Part shown: one piece after another, positions 26,401-35,613 of the stretch
Numbering within the stretch: position 1 is the first letter of the stretch
Layout: each line of letters starts with the position of its first letter
Origin: Nanobdellota archaeon
Lineage (GTDB): Archaea > Nanobdellota > Nanobdellia > SCGC-AAA011-G17 > JACPIM01
Direction: 5' to 3'
DNA: 48,672 bases
Assembly: GCA_038045665.1 (NCBI GenBank)
Contig: JBBSXW010000068.1
Coordinates: 3,251-51,922 of the forward strand
Program-made: the position numbers and the translations under genes
Notes under the pieces: generated by a model
Databases searched by the model: none
Seen by the model: only the letters and a program-made list of their open reading frames with translations
What the model was told of the DNA's origin: nothing

Positions 26401-27255
26401 ATGTCAAAAAATGTTATTATAACGAATGCTGAAAAACTAGAAAAAACAAAAAAAACTATTTCTACAGCAGGTGCCAAAAAATTTCATGTTTTATCAGATT
26501 TTGACAGAACGCTTACAAAGGCATTTGTCAATAGAAAAGAAGTTCCTTCTCAAATTTCTGTTTTAAGAGAGAGGGGTTACTTATCTAATGATTATGCAAC
26601 AAAAGCGTACGCTCTATATAACAAGTATCATCCCATCGAAGTTGATCCGAAAATTCCAATAAAAGAAAAAAAAGCTCAGATGCAAGCGTGGTGGGAAGCT
26701 CACTTTAAACTATTAATTGAATCTGGATTAAACAGAAGGGACCTAGAAAGAGTAGTTGAATCAAAGAAGATAAAATTCAGAAAGGGCGCATTAGAATTAA
26801 TTGATTTTTTATATAAACATAATATTCCTTTGGTTATTCTTTCCTCAAGCGGTTTAGGCACAGATGCAATCAGAATGAGCTTAGATAAGAAAAGAAGGCT
26901 ATATGACAATGTCTACATCGTTTCTAATTCGTTTGAATGGGATGAAAAAGGCAATGCAATTGGGGTTAAAAAGCCCATAATTCATGGAATGAACAAAGAT
27001 GAAACCGTAATTCAGACTTTTCCTTTTTTTAATGTAATTCGCCATAGGACCAATGTTCTATTATTGGGAGATAGCTTAAGCGACGTTGATATGGTTAAAG
27101 GTTTTGATTATGAAAATTTAATCAGAGTTGGATTTTTAAATAAAGACATCGAAAATAGTTTGGAGGCATATAAAAGAAATTTTGATATCATTATATTGAA
27201 TGATTCTCCCATGGATTATGTTAACGACCTGATTGCGGGTATGTTCGGGCAATAG
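26401..27255 (+). CDS. HAD-superfamily pyrimidine 5'-nucleotidase, cN-III/UMPH-1-like
   Basis: DxDxT motif (VLSDFDRTLT), YHPIEVDPKIPIKEKKAQMQAWWEAH, LSSSGLG, VSNSFEWDEKGN..IHGMNKDE and LLLGDSLSDVDM all match my memory of the cytosolic 5'-nucleotidase III family. The start could be 26353 or 26401. Confidence 0.65.
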   Translation: MSKNVIITNAEKLEKTKKTISTAGAKKFHVLSDFDRTLTKAFVNRKEVPSQISVLRERGYLSNDYATKAYALYNKYHPIEVDPKIPIKEKKAQMQAWWEAHFKLLIESGLNRRDLERVVESKKIKFRKGALELIDFLYKHNIPLVILSSSGLGTDAIRMSLDKKRRLYDNVYIVSNSFEWDEKGNAIGVKKPIIHGMNKDETVIQTFPFFNVIRHRTNVLLLGDSLSDVDMVKGFDYENLIRVGFLNKDIENSLEAYKRNFDIIILNDSPMDYVNDLIAGMFGQ

Positions 27256-27273
27256 GCTTTTAAAACTTAAATA
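27256..27273 (+). promoter_or_regulatory. 18-nt promoter-like element GCTTTTAAAACTTAAATA (copy 2), upstream of tRNA-Val
   Basis: Exact repeat of 26334-26351. It ends 15 nt before tRNA-Val position 1. Confidence 0.5.
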
Positions 27274-27287
27274 AATAATTACGATAA

Positions 27288-27403
27288 GGGCCCGTAGTCT
27301 AGAACATAGTGGACAATAGCTATGACGTCGCCTTGAAAGGTTTATTTTTTTAAACTTTGGGCACACGTGGCGGAGGTCGCGGGTGCAAATCCTGCCGGGC
27401 CCA
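27288..27403 (+). tRNA. tRNA-Val(GAC) candidate with two BHB introns (27303-27316; 27336-27364, the latter inside the anticodon)
   Basis: Spliced model (73 nt): GGGCCCG-TA-GTCT-AGTAGCTA-TGAC-G-TCGCC-TTGACGT-GGCGG-AGGTC-GCGGG-TGCAAAT-CCTGC-CGGGCCC-A.
- D-loop intron (14 nt): helix GTCT/GGAC, bulges AGA/AAT.
- Anticodon intron (29 nt, position 34/35): central helix GCCT/GGGC, bulges TGA/ACA, 8-bp inner helix AAGGTTTA/TAAACTTT.
The unspliced loop reads TTGAAAG and mimics Phe(GAA), but the canonical 37/38 BHB does not fold. Confidence 0.55.
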
Positions 27404-27451
27404 TTTCCTCAATACAAAAAATTTAAATATCCGATAGTAGTAACGAAAAAA

Positions 27452-28378
27452 ATGAAAACCAGCCTTTATCACAATAATAGGCAAAGAGCTTCTCACTATG
27501 TAAGTATTAAAAAAAATCGTGAAACAAGGATTAGAAAGAAATTATTTAAAGAGCCTGAACGTGGTGGATTAAGACCGGATATAAATATAGATACATCAAG
27601 CATAGACGATTTCATAGAAAAAGCAAGGGCAACACTACCAGTTAAACATGCAGACCTATTTATTGACACATCTGGAATATTTGGAGTTGATGTAGTTAGA
27701 GAAAATAACAATGGTAATATTGCGCTAGAATCTTTGTTTGATTTTTACCAGAACCTAATTGAATATGCTAATGACCCAGGGTGGAGTGTATTAACTTTAG
27801 AGTTATATGATCAATATACAAAATTAGCACAATTTTATAGTGGAGAATTATTCAACAGGAAAAATGTTTTTATAATTAAAGAAGTTTTAGATGAGATTAA
27901 ACGAACTCTTAATATAGTAAAAAATCAAGTAAATAAAAGTGATTGCAAAAAATATGCGAGAAAATTTACAAAACCAATAGAAAATATATATTTTGCTGCT
28001 GAAGAAAATGAAAATATGACTAAATGGTTGGAGACAGATCCTCTATCTGATATTATTTATAGTGTGCTACCAACAATGACCCCGGGGGGATCATTAAGCA
28101 GAACAGATAGAAGGTTAATAGCTATCCCTCTAGCACGCAGTCTTAGAGATGGAAGGGAAAAGGTTATCCTTACAAAAGATAGAGGAATTCGCGAGGCTTT
28201 AAAAGTTTTAAGTCTCCATGTTACTAATGAAAATATTGTTAGTCAACTTGAATTGCATGCTCCGCCAGAAGGATTTAAACAAGTAACTATAAGTACAGCA
28301 GGCTTACGGTTTGATTTAGAAAGCAGGCTTTATTTATACGCTACCAGCCACAAATACCATAATTTCTTCAATAAGTAA
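27452..28378 (+). CDS. PIN-domain-like protein (putative ribonuclease) with basic N-terminal extension
   Basis: The start is moved to ATG 27452 because the listed 27383 start overlaps tRNA-Val. Four acidic PIN-like positions are present in order: LFIDTSG, IIKEVLDEI, SRTDRRLIA, ILTKDRGI. Confidence 0.4.
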   Translation: MKTSLYHNNRQRASHYVSIKKNRETRIRKKLFKEPERGGLRPDINIDTSSIDDFIEKARATLPVKHADLFIDTSGIFGVDVVRENNNGNIALESLFDFYQNLIEYANDPGWSVLTLELYDQYTKLAQFYSGELFNRKNVFIIKEVLDEIKRTLNIVKNQVNKSDCKKYARKFTKPIENIYFAAEENENMTKWLETDPLSDIIYSVLPTMTPGGSLSRTDRRLIAIPLARSLRDGREKVILTKDRGIREALKVLSLHVTNENIVSQLELHAPPEGFKQVTISTAGLRFDLESRLYLYATSHKYHNFFNK

Positions 28379-28409
28379 ATTAAACCCGAATTATGCTTGT
28401 CACTAACTA

Positions 28410-28424
28410 ACTTACTAAGTAAGT
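28410..28424. promoter_or_regulatory. Perfect 15-nt palindrome ACTTACT-A-AGTAAGT (candidate operator) within a CTAA-rich tract
   Basis: 7-nt arms around a single central nucleotide, so it cannot form an RNA hairpin loop. It lies about 15 nt upstream of a TATA-like GATTTAAATAG and about 55 nt upstream of the RHH-like ORF. Confidence 0.4.
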
Positions 28425-28478
28425 AACTAATTAAGAAAGATTTAAATAGAGCAAATTAATGCATTTTTCTAAAAGAGG

Positions 28479-28604
28479 ATGAAAAAATATCTGCTTTTAA
28501 TAGAGGACGAGAAGCTTTGGGCTAGATTCAAGTCTCTAATTAAAAACGACATCAACACAGAGATCATAAAATTAATTAAAAAAAAGGTAGAAGAAAAAAA
28601 ATGA
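28479..28604 (+). CDS. 41-aa ribbon-helix-helix-like ORF (below ORF-track cutoff)
   Basis: MKKYLLLIEDEKLWARFKSLIKNDINTEIIKLIKKKVEEKK*. The pattern is beta-strand then two helices, as in CopG/Arc. Its stop overlaps the next ATG (ATGA). Confidence 0.4.
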   Translation: MKKYLLLIEDEKLWARFKSLIKNDINTEIIKLIKKKVEEKK

Positions 28605-30505
28605 AAAGAGGTCAAACTACAATATTCATAATCCTAGGAATTTTAGTAGTATTGGCAGCAATAGGATTTATTTACTTAAGAGACAGATTAACTTTTGGAG
28701 GTTTACGTCCAACAGAAATTCAAGTGCCGTTACAAGCTGAAAGCGTTAAACAATATATTGGCACATGCATAGAAAATATTCTTAATAAAGCAATAACCAT
28801 TTTGGGCTCACAGGGAGGCTACATAGAATTCCCATCAGATCCTATTAACACAGGTACATTCTCAAATACATTAACTCTTTTTGGAAATAATAAAGTTACA
28901 ATCTGGAATTATATAGCAGATAATAACGTCTTATTTAATCAAAAACCAATTATAAACTCAATGGAGAGTGAAATCTCAAATTACATAACAAATAATCTAA
29001 GGCCTTGTTTAGGAGAATTCAACACATTCGATGGCTTCACTATAAAAAGCGGTAGAATTTTAACACAAACGGATATCCAAAATAAAAGAGTCGTAACAAA
29101 GGTAACATTTCCTACTTTAATCGAAAAAGAAGATTTTAAGTTTCAGTTCAGTGACTTTTACATAGCAAAAGAATCAAGTCTTAGGGAATTATTTGAGATA
29201 GCAGAAAAATTATTTGAAGAGGAAGAAAAATCACATTTCCTAGAAACAAGGACCATAGGAATGATGAGCGTGTATAAAGAAATACCATTTGTAGGAGAAA
29301 CTAATGACTGCGTAGCCCCAATCTGGTTTAAAGACCAAGTAACAAAGGACTTCAAAAATATTTTAAAAACAAATATTCAAGCCCTAAAAGTCAAAGGAAC
29401 AAATTATACCTTAACAAGAGAACAAGATAAGTACCTAGAAATAGATATTGGCACAGAAAATAAAGATGCTCTGTCTTATTTCATGTTCTCAGAAATCTGG
29501 CCATTTGAATTACAAGTAATCCCAGAAGACAATGGTATCCTCAGAGGCTACAGCGTTACAGAAGCCTTGGGAGAAGCAAGAGGCATAGCAGAAAGCTTCA
29601 TCTGTCTAAGTACGTATGAATTTATTTACACAGTAAAATACCCGGTTTTAGTAATCCTAAACAAAGAAGATTTAACCTTCCAATTCTCACTAATGTCTTT
29701 CATCGATAGAAACGAGCCTAGAATAAATACAGAAGAATACTTGAGCTTTGAGCAATACGATCAAAGATTCTGCAATGAGCAAATAAGTTTCGTAGTTGAC
29801 ACAGTAGATGAAAATTTCAAAAGCTTAGATAATGTAGAAATAAAATATAAATGCATCAATCACTTATGTGACCTAGGAACTACTGAAACAGGCACGTGGC
29901 AGGGCTTAGTTCCCTTATGCATTAACGGAGAGTTTATTGGAAATAAAGAAGATTATCACACTGGAAAATCATTATTAAGCACGAACATTCCAGGAAGCGC
30001 CCTTCTTATCCTAGAAAAACTAAAAGAAATAGAGTTAGAAGTTCTTATAGCCAGAGCAGGCAGCGGAGAATTAAGGCCGAGAGAATCTGCTCATATCTCG
30101 TTGCAGGAAGGATTTAAAGAGTTTAACACAAACATAATCTACCCAGAGCAAAAAACAGTAAAATTAATACCTGGATTCTATAGGGCAAAAATAAACCTAG
30201 TAAGCCCATTAACGCAAGAATTAAGCATTCCTGAAAAAAGATTTACCAGTTGCCACAGGGTGCCAAAACCTGGTATAGGCGCAATATTTGGCTTTTTAGA
30301 AGAAAAATGCGACGAAATAGTCATTCCTTCAACAACAATTGATCAAATTATTACAGGCACAGAAGAATTCACTTTTTCAATTTCAAAAGAAGACCTGAAT
30401 AAAAAGAAAATAAGGTTTTACGCTCCTTGGCATGGAACAATAAGCGACGTCACAGAATTAGCCAACTTAACAAAACAGCCAGCAAGGCAACCAGAGATAA
30501 TATGA
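28601..30505 (+). CDS. Large extracellular protein with class III (type IV pilin-like) signal peptide
   Basis: N-terminus MKRG|QTTIFIILGILVVLAAIGF: a basic residue then Gly, followed by a hydrophobic helix, as in archaeal prepilins. The remaining ~600 aa have no recognisable domain and scattered Cys pairs. Confidence 0.55.
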   Translation: MKRGQTTIFIILGILVVLAAIGFIYLRDRLTFGGLRPTEIQVPLQAESVKQYIGTCIENILNKAITILGSQGGYIEFPSDPINTGTFSNTLTLFGNNKVTIWNYIADNNVLFNQKPIINSMESEISNYITNNLRPCLGEFNTFDGFTIKSGRILTQTDIQNKRVVTKVTFPTLIEKEDFKFQFSDFYIAKESSLRELFEIAEKLFEEEEKSHFLETRTIGMMSVYKEIPFVGETNDCVAPIWFKDQVTKDFKNILKTNIQALKVKGTNYTLTREQDKYLEIDIGTENKDALSYFMFSEIWPFELQVIPEDNGILRGYSVTEALGEARGIAESFICLSTYEFIYTVKYPVLVILNKEDLTFQFSLMSFIDRNEPRINTEEYLSFEQYDQRFCNEQISFVVDTVDENFKSLDNVEIKYKCINHLCDLGTTETGTWQGLVPLCINGEFIGNKEDYHTGKSLLSTNIPGSALLILEKLKEIELEVLIARAGSGELRPRESAHISLQEGFKEFNTNIIYPEQKTVKLIPGFYRAKINLVSPLTQELSIPEKRFTSCHRVPKPGIGAIFGFLEEKCDEIVIPSTTIDQIITGTEEFTFSISKEDLNKKKIRFYAPWHGTISDVTELANLTKQPARQPEII

Positions 30506-33500
30506 AACATAAAGAAATAATCGCAATCGTATGTATGTTTTTAATAGTGAGCCTGCCAATTTCTTTAGCACAGCAAACACAGAATAAAAACAATGCCGAG
30601 GATAACAATCAGGATAACAAAGAAGCTTCAGCTACTGTAGGTGCTGGAGAAATTAATGTTGGCTACATTGGCCCGGAAACAAAAGAAGAATTCAAAGAAG
30701 ATACCTTTTATTCAGATATTACAATCAACGTAAACAGATACGAGCCAACTGTTTTAACAACAAACCTAGTTGAAGAGCAAGATACTCCGATTTACGCATT
30801 CCTTTCAGCGCTTCCCAGCATTGATCTAGGAGAAGTGCCAAGAATAAGCAGCGTAGATGTTGCAGTTATTGGCGGCGATACCCAATATGTTGCAAGAAAA
30901 CCACAATACTTCCCCCCTCCAATTTACACATATGAAGACATAGGCTACATAGCAACCTGGATAAAAAGAATTCCAAAAGAGCAAGATGTCCCAAGAAAAA
31001 TAGACCTAGATCTAAAAGCAAGAATAAGATTTGAAGGAGAAGTCACCGCTCCAGTTTTAGGAGGAGAGCAAAAAAAGATTTTCAGTTCGACAGCATCTAG
31101 AAGAATCTTCTCAGGTGACAGATTTATAGACCCAGAATTTTCAGTATTCGGTGGAAGAGGATACCTAAGGCCAAGTTTTATCGGAAAAGATTTCGCAGTT
31201 TTTGATGTTTACGGCCATGACGGAGTAAGAATAGGCCAAATGCGCGCAGCAATAGGGCAAGAAAGCGAATCTGTAAGTCTTGTCCCAGGAAGCAAATTCG
31301 TAGAAGATCAAGTTAGAGTAAGGGTTGAAAGAATAATAGATGAATCACAAACAAACGTAAACCTAGAAATAGAGGGAGTACAGCAAACCTACAACGTAGG
31401 CAACGAAATTGGGTTAAGCACATGGTTTGTAGAAGACATTTTTGTTCCAGATGATAAGGATACTAGCGCTTCTTTTGTTTACCTAGTAAAAAAAGAAGGC
31501 AATATTATTGAAAGAACAACAAGAACAGTAGAAAGAATAACAAGTGGTGCATCTACAGAAAACGAATTAATCTTAATACTTAAAGATGGAAAAAGCCTGA
31601 CTGAAGAAGAAACATTAAAATGGTATGAAGCAATTTATTCTTTAAGTGATGATGCAAGAACAAGAAGGAATTTACTAAACGATCCAGAAAAAATATTAAA
31701 TTCTGATTTAAAACAACAACTTGGAATAAACTCTCAACAAGCAGGAAGATTCCTCTCGAGAAAAATACCTGCTCTTGAAAATGAACTCTCTCCTCAAGAT
31801 TTTGTAAAAGAGTCTATTGGCGAGCTAAAAGCTGGCCTAGACAATAAAGAGGAAGAAGATGAATTTCCAATAATAATTAGCACAAACAAAGGTTTTGATT
31901 TGGGGGCTAACTTGAGAATACGGGGCTCAAACAGGATTTTCCATGAAGGCGATGAGTTAACAGACTCTCCGTTTAACTCTTGCACAGATCCAAGAACAAA
32001 TAGAGAAATATTCTGTACTATAGAAACAATAACAGACAACAGCGTCACTATATCATATCCTAGAATAAATAATCAAGATGGGTGCATCGGTACAGCAAGA
32101 GAAACATTATACATAAACACTTTATTCACCCAAGAACAACAAGCGCGAACAATTCCAAGAGAGCAAGGCTCGCAAGATATTCCTCCTAGCACAACCTTAA
32201 ACACAAGAGAAAGTATCCTAGGAAGTGAAAGGTGCGGAGCCGCAATAGAGCTTATCGATATAGAATCAAACAAGCAAGTGGAAGTAACAATCCTTTCAGG
32301 TTTAAAAAGAGGCTATACAGAGAGCCTAATCAAATTGCATGTTCCGATTGAAAAAAGAGCGATAAATATCTCGATAGACGAATTAGATAAAAAAATAGAA
32401 GAAACACAAAAACTAATTGAAGACCTAGATCATTTAATTGAAAAATTAGAAAAATTCGTCTCAACATGGAGCAAAGTCTGCCTAGGTGTAAGCGCATGGT
32501 TCACTTTAGAAGCATTCCTAGTAGGCCTACCTAAATACAAAAAAGGCACAAGTGATCGAGAAACGTTTTACAATAAAGAATTCCAATCAGCACCAAGTCA
32601 AGACGCAGAAACTTATTATACAATAGAACCAAAAGAAGGCCAACCACTTTCGGTTAATTCTCAGATATTCGGCATAGAAAACGGTATGTTTTACGGTCAA
32701 AAAGAAGGAGCAAGAATACCATTAGAAAATCAGCAGTATGTTTACAATACAAAAAGAGAACAACTCGTATGGGATCCAAAAACAGGAGAGCTAGTGCCTG
32801 CTCCAAAATTATCAGGCAGCGATGAAAGATCAATCAGGGTTTACAGTGGGCAAAGCGGCAAAGATAAAATAGTAATAGGCGTAGATGATAAAGAAAAAGC
32901 AATAAAACTAGTTCAAAGCTTGGGAAACAGGCAATTATCCCAGCAGCTTGAAGATGCATTGCAAGGTTACAACAATCAGGGATTTTATTTCGTTTATGAT
33001 CAAGGAGAATCCGTAACATTATTCCAAAAAAGAGGCAACATCATAGATTTCCAAGAAAGAGGAGCTTCTGGAGAATTAGATGATGTAGCAGTGCCATTCT
33101 TTGCATTCAAAACAGGAGGCTCATCACAAGAAAGATTTTTCTACGATAAATTTGAACAGCAGCTAGCCAGAGTAAGAGAAGCTCAAATAAGAGGCCAAAG
33201 AAGGGCATTTTTCGCAGGCTCGACATTTGACATAAATGACATGGGCAAACTAAACACAGCCAAATACAGATGCGAAGATGTTCTGGGGAGCGAAGCAAAA
33301 TGCAGCATTCTTTACAACGCATGTGATCCAGTTGTATGCCCAAGAAGCAGGTGCAACCTAGGCGGGCAATATCAGCAAACAGGTCCTAGTGGCGTAATCG
33401 GAAGCGGCTTAGTTGGAAGCTTAGTCTTATGCCTGCCAAACATACATCCTGATAATGGCGGTGTTCTTGTTCCTATCTGCCTCAGCGGAATACTTGCATC

Positions 33501-35613
33501 ATTAAAGGGAATAAGAAGTCATCTCCAAACATATAAGCAGTGTCTTGAAAAGCAAAAAGTAGACGGCGTAGTTGAAGGCACTTGCGATAAATTAAGAAGC
33601 ATCTTCCTTTGTCAATTAATCTGGAGAGAAGTTCTAGTCTTATTACAAGCCAAAGCAGGCTTAATCAATTTATTCAACAGCCAAGGCGCTGGCGGAGGAG
33701 AAGAATACTTCACACAAGGCATAGGTGGAAGCATAGAAGAGGCAAACGAAGTAGTTGGGTTCATGGTCAATGACTATGCAGACGATGTTTTAGCGGCATA
33801 CAGAGGAAAAGGCTTGGCTGAAATAGGTGTAGAAGTATGTAAAGCAAGCATCGCACAAAGAATCCCATTCTTAGACGCACTAGTCCAAGAATTTGCAACA
33901 CCAGCAAACCCACCTCAATTCACAGCATATTTCGAAGAAGCGCCATACGCCCCAACATTAGGAAAATCACTTTATTCAGTATATCTTCACATTTACGCAG
34001 GCACACCACAAAGAGAAGGCCAAACAATGAACTATTTTGTATATTTAAAATCCTTCGGCAGCAGTCCAAGACTAGTTGTAGATTCAGGAAATCTAGGATC
34101 TGAACAAAGCGCAGATAAGAACATTGACCTAATAGGTGATGCTGGCTATCAAGAGATCTGCACAGTAATTAATGGCCTAGAGCAATGCGGTTTTGGAAGA
34201 GTAGTCAGCAGCAGTTTCCTAATCTCCGGGTTAGATGATTACCTAGCATCAATAGATCTAGCAAGAGAAATAAAGACAGCAGCACAATGCAAGGCAGAGC
34301 CAACCGCACCTATAACTTACACATTACAAACCGGAGCACTTCCTTTTGCAAGAGTTAGAAGAGTTTGCTCATCAAGCAATCCCGGTCTTGGCTTAGGAGA
34401 AGAAAATTCATGGAAAAGAGTTGGCTCTTGTGGTCAAAACGAGCAAGGAATAAGCCTAGGATTGTGTTGGGAGTTCGGTGATCTAAGCAGATATCCAGAA
34501 CTAGAAAAACAAGCCCTTGACTTAAGCTGCAACGGAGGAGAAATTTGTGAATCTACCCAAGAATGTAAAGGCCATAGGTTAAGAGAAGACAGCAGAGGCA
34601 GAGTATGCTGTGTACCGAAAGGAAGCTGTGAAGATATCGAAGCTTTCACAACAGCAAGGGAATCTATAGGCTCATCTGGTCTAGACTCTAAAGAAATAAA
34701 CAAGCTAGTTAATGATTTCAAAAAAGGAGTAGTCACTACAACCACAAGATTAACACCAGAAGAATCTTTTGAACTCGGTCTTCATGCATGCTCAACAAAC
34801 GAAATAGCAAAATGCGAAGAATTCTTTTTCAACATACCAGCAAGCCACAAGCTATACGCTAAAGCAAACCTCGTTCTAGGAATAATCTATTTAGAGTTAA
34901 ATGAATTGGAAAAAGCCAAAAGCGCGCTTGAAAAAGCCCAGCGCAACAAAAAAGACCTTTCAACACAAGAGCAAAAAGACCTAGAAGAGAAACTAGCAGC
35001 AGTTAAAGTAAAACTAGAAGAGAAACAAAAAACAAAAGAAGAAAAAAGTAAGGTAGCAAGCTTAAAAGATACAGCAAACAAAATATTAAGAGAGGCCATA
35101 AGTCTCAAAAATTCATATAGTAGTTTTGCTTCTGTCAGGACAGAATTAGAGAAATCAATAAGCAACCTCACAACAATCACAAACACAATAGGCTCAACTA
35201 AAGAGCAAAAAGATGAAATAGTAATTCAAAACTTAAATGATGCATTAACAACAATAACGAACATCAACATAGAAGAAGATCAGGAATACAAAAAGATAAT
35301 TGATTCTATAGATAAAATCAAAGAGGACCTAAATCAAAATAAGATAAAAGGCGAGATACGCACAACAATAACAGCAGTAAAGGATAGGATTTCATCCTCA
35401 TTAAGGGACCTCACCACCCCAAGAAAGGAAATCATCAGCATCTTGGATTCAGTATATAATGGTTTACAAACTCAAACAAATGAGTTACTTATCCAAGAGT
35501 TAGACGGTATCCAAAATAAAATGCCTCAACTAAAAGAGCCTCTCGCATCACTAAAAGAAAAAATAGAAACCCTGAAAACAAGATACGAAGCAACAAATGA
35601 AAACCCTTCTTAA
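30502..35613 (+). CDS. Giant (~1703 aa) secreted/membrane-spanning Cys-rich protein with C-terminal TPR-like and coiled-coil region
   Basis: ATG 30502 overlaps the upstream stop (ATGA) and gives a Sec-type signal, MKHKEIIAIVCMFLIVSLPISLAQQ. Internal hydrophobic segments are VCLGVSAWFTLEAFLVGL and GVIGSGLVGSLVLCL...LVPICLSGILASL. A Cys-dense middle region is followed by a Lys/Glu heptad-like C-terminus. Confidence 0.6.
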   Translation: MKHKEIIAIVCMFLIVSLPISLAQQTQNKNNAEDNNQDNKEASATVGAGEINVGYIGPETKEEFKEDTFYSDITINVNRYEPTVLTTNLVEEQDTPIYAFLSALPSIDLGEVPRISSVDVAVIGGDTQYVARKPQYFPPPIYTYEDIGYIATWIKRIPKEQDVPRKIDLDLKARIRFEGEVTAPVLGGEQKKIFSSTASRRIFSGDRFIDPEFSVFGGRGYLRPSFIGKDFAVFDVYGHDGVRIGQMRAAIGQESESVSLVPGSKFVEDQVRVRVERIIDESQTNVNLEIEGVQQTYNVGNEIGLSTWFVEDIFVPDDKDTSASFVYLVKKEGNIIERTTRTVERITSGASTENELILILKDGKSLTEEETLKWYEAIYSLSDDARTRRNLLNDPEKILNSDLKQQLGINSQQAGRFLSRKIPALENELSPQDFVKESIGELKAGLDNKEEEDEFPIIISTNKGFDLGANLRIRGSNRIFHEGDELTDSPFNSCTDPRTNREIFCTIETITDNSVTISYPRINNQDGCIGTARETLYINTLFTQEQQARTIPREQGSQDIPPSTTLNTRESILGSERCGAAIELIDIESNKQVEVTILSGLKRGYTESLIKLHVPIEKRAINISIDELDKKIEETQKLIEDLDHLIEKLEKFVSTWSKVCLGVSAWFTLEAFLVGLPKYKKGTSDRETFYNKEFQSAPSQDAETYYTIEPKEGQPLSVNSQIFGIENGMFYGQKEGARIPLENQQYVYNTKREQLVWDPKTGELVPAPKLSGSDERSIRVYSGQSGKDKIVIGVDDKEKAIKLVQSLGNRQLSQQLEDALQGYNNQGFYFVYDQGESVTLFQKRGNIIDFQERGASGELDDVAVPFFAFKTGGSSQERFFYDKFEQQLARVREAQIRGQRRAFFAGSTFDINDMGKLNTAKYRCEDVLGSEAKCSILYNACDPVVCPRSRCNLGGQYQQTGPSGVIGSGLVGSLVLCLPNIHPDNGGVLVPICLSGILASLKGIRSHLQTYKQCLEKQKVDGVVEGTCDKLRSIFLCQLIWREVLVLLQAKAGLINLFNSQGAGGGEEYFTQGIGGSIEEANEVVGFMVNDYADDVLAAYRGKGLAEIGVEVCKASIAQRIPFLDALVQEFATPANPPQFTAYFEEAPYAPTLGKSLYSVYLHIYAGTPQREGQTMNYFVYLKSFGSSPRLVVDSGNLGSEQSADKNIDLIGDAGYQEICTVINGLEQCGFGRVVSSSFLISGLDDYLASIDLAREIKTAAQCKAEPTAPITYTLQTGALPFARVRRVCSSSNPGLGLGEENSWKRVGSCGQNEQGISLGLCWEFGDLSRYPELEKQALDLSCNGGEICESTQECKGHRLREDSRGRVCCVPKGSCEDIEAFTTARESIGSSGLDSKEINKLVNDFKKGVVTTTTRLTPEESFELGLHACSTNEIAKCEEFFFNIPASHKLYAKANLVLGIIYLELNELEKAKSALEKAQRNKKDLSTQEQKDLEEKLAAVKVKLEEKQKTKEEKSKVASLKDTANKILREAISLKNSYSSFASVRTELEKSISNLTTITNTIGSTKEQKDEIVIQNLNDALTTITNINIEEDQEYKKIIDSIDKIKEDLNQNKIKGEIRTTITAVKDRISSSLRDLTTPRKEIISILDSVYNGLQTQTNELLIQELDGIQNKMPQLKEPLASLKEKIETLKTRYEATNENPS

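Noticed and set aside
27288-27403. Calling this tRNA Phe(GAA) with a canonical 37/38 intron
   Set aside because: The canonical BHB central helix (TTGA versus CACA) does not pair. The 34/35 model gives a 4-bp helix, two 3-nt bulges and an 8-bp inner helix, and the tRNA body looks Val-like. I keep Phe as the alternative hypothesis; this is not fully excluded.
27383-27451. Listed start 27383 of the PIN-like ORF
   Set aside because: This part of the ORF is the 3' end of tRNA-Val read as protein. The first ATG downstream of the tRNA is 27452.
30427-30501. Upstream start (30427) for the giant protein
   Set aside because: It would overlap the preceding gene by 79 nt and add a non-signal basic peptide. 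ATG 30502 overlaps the upstream stop (ATGA) and exposes a proper signal peptide.
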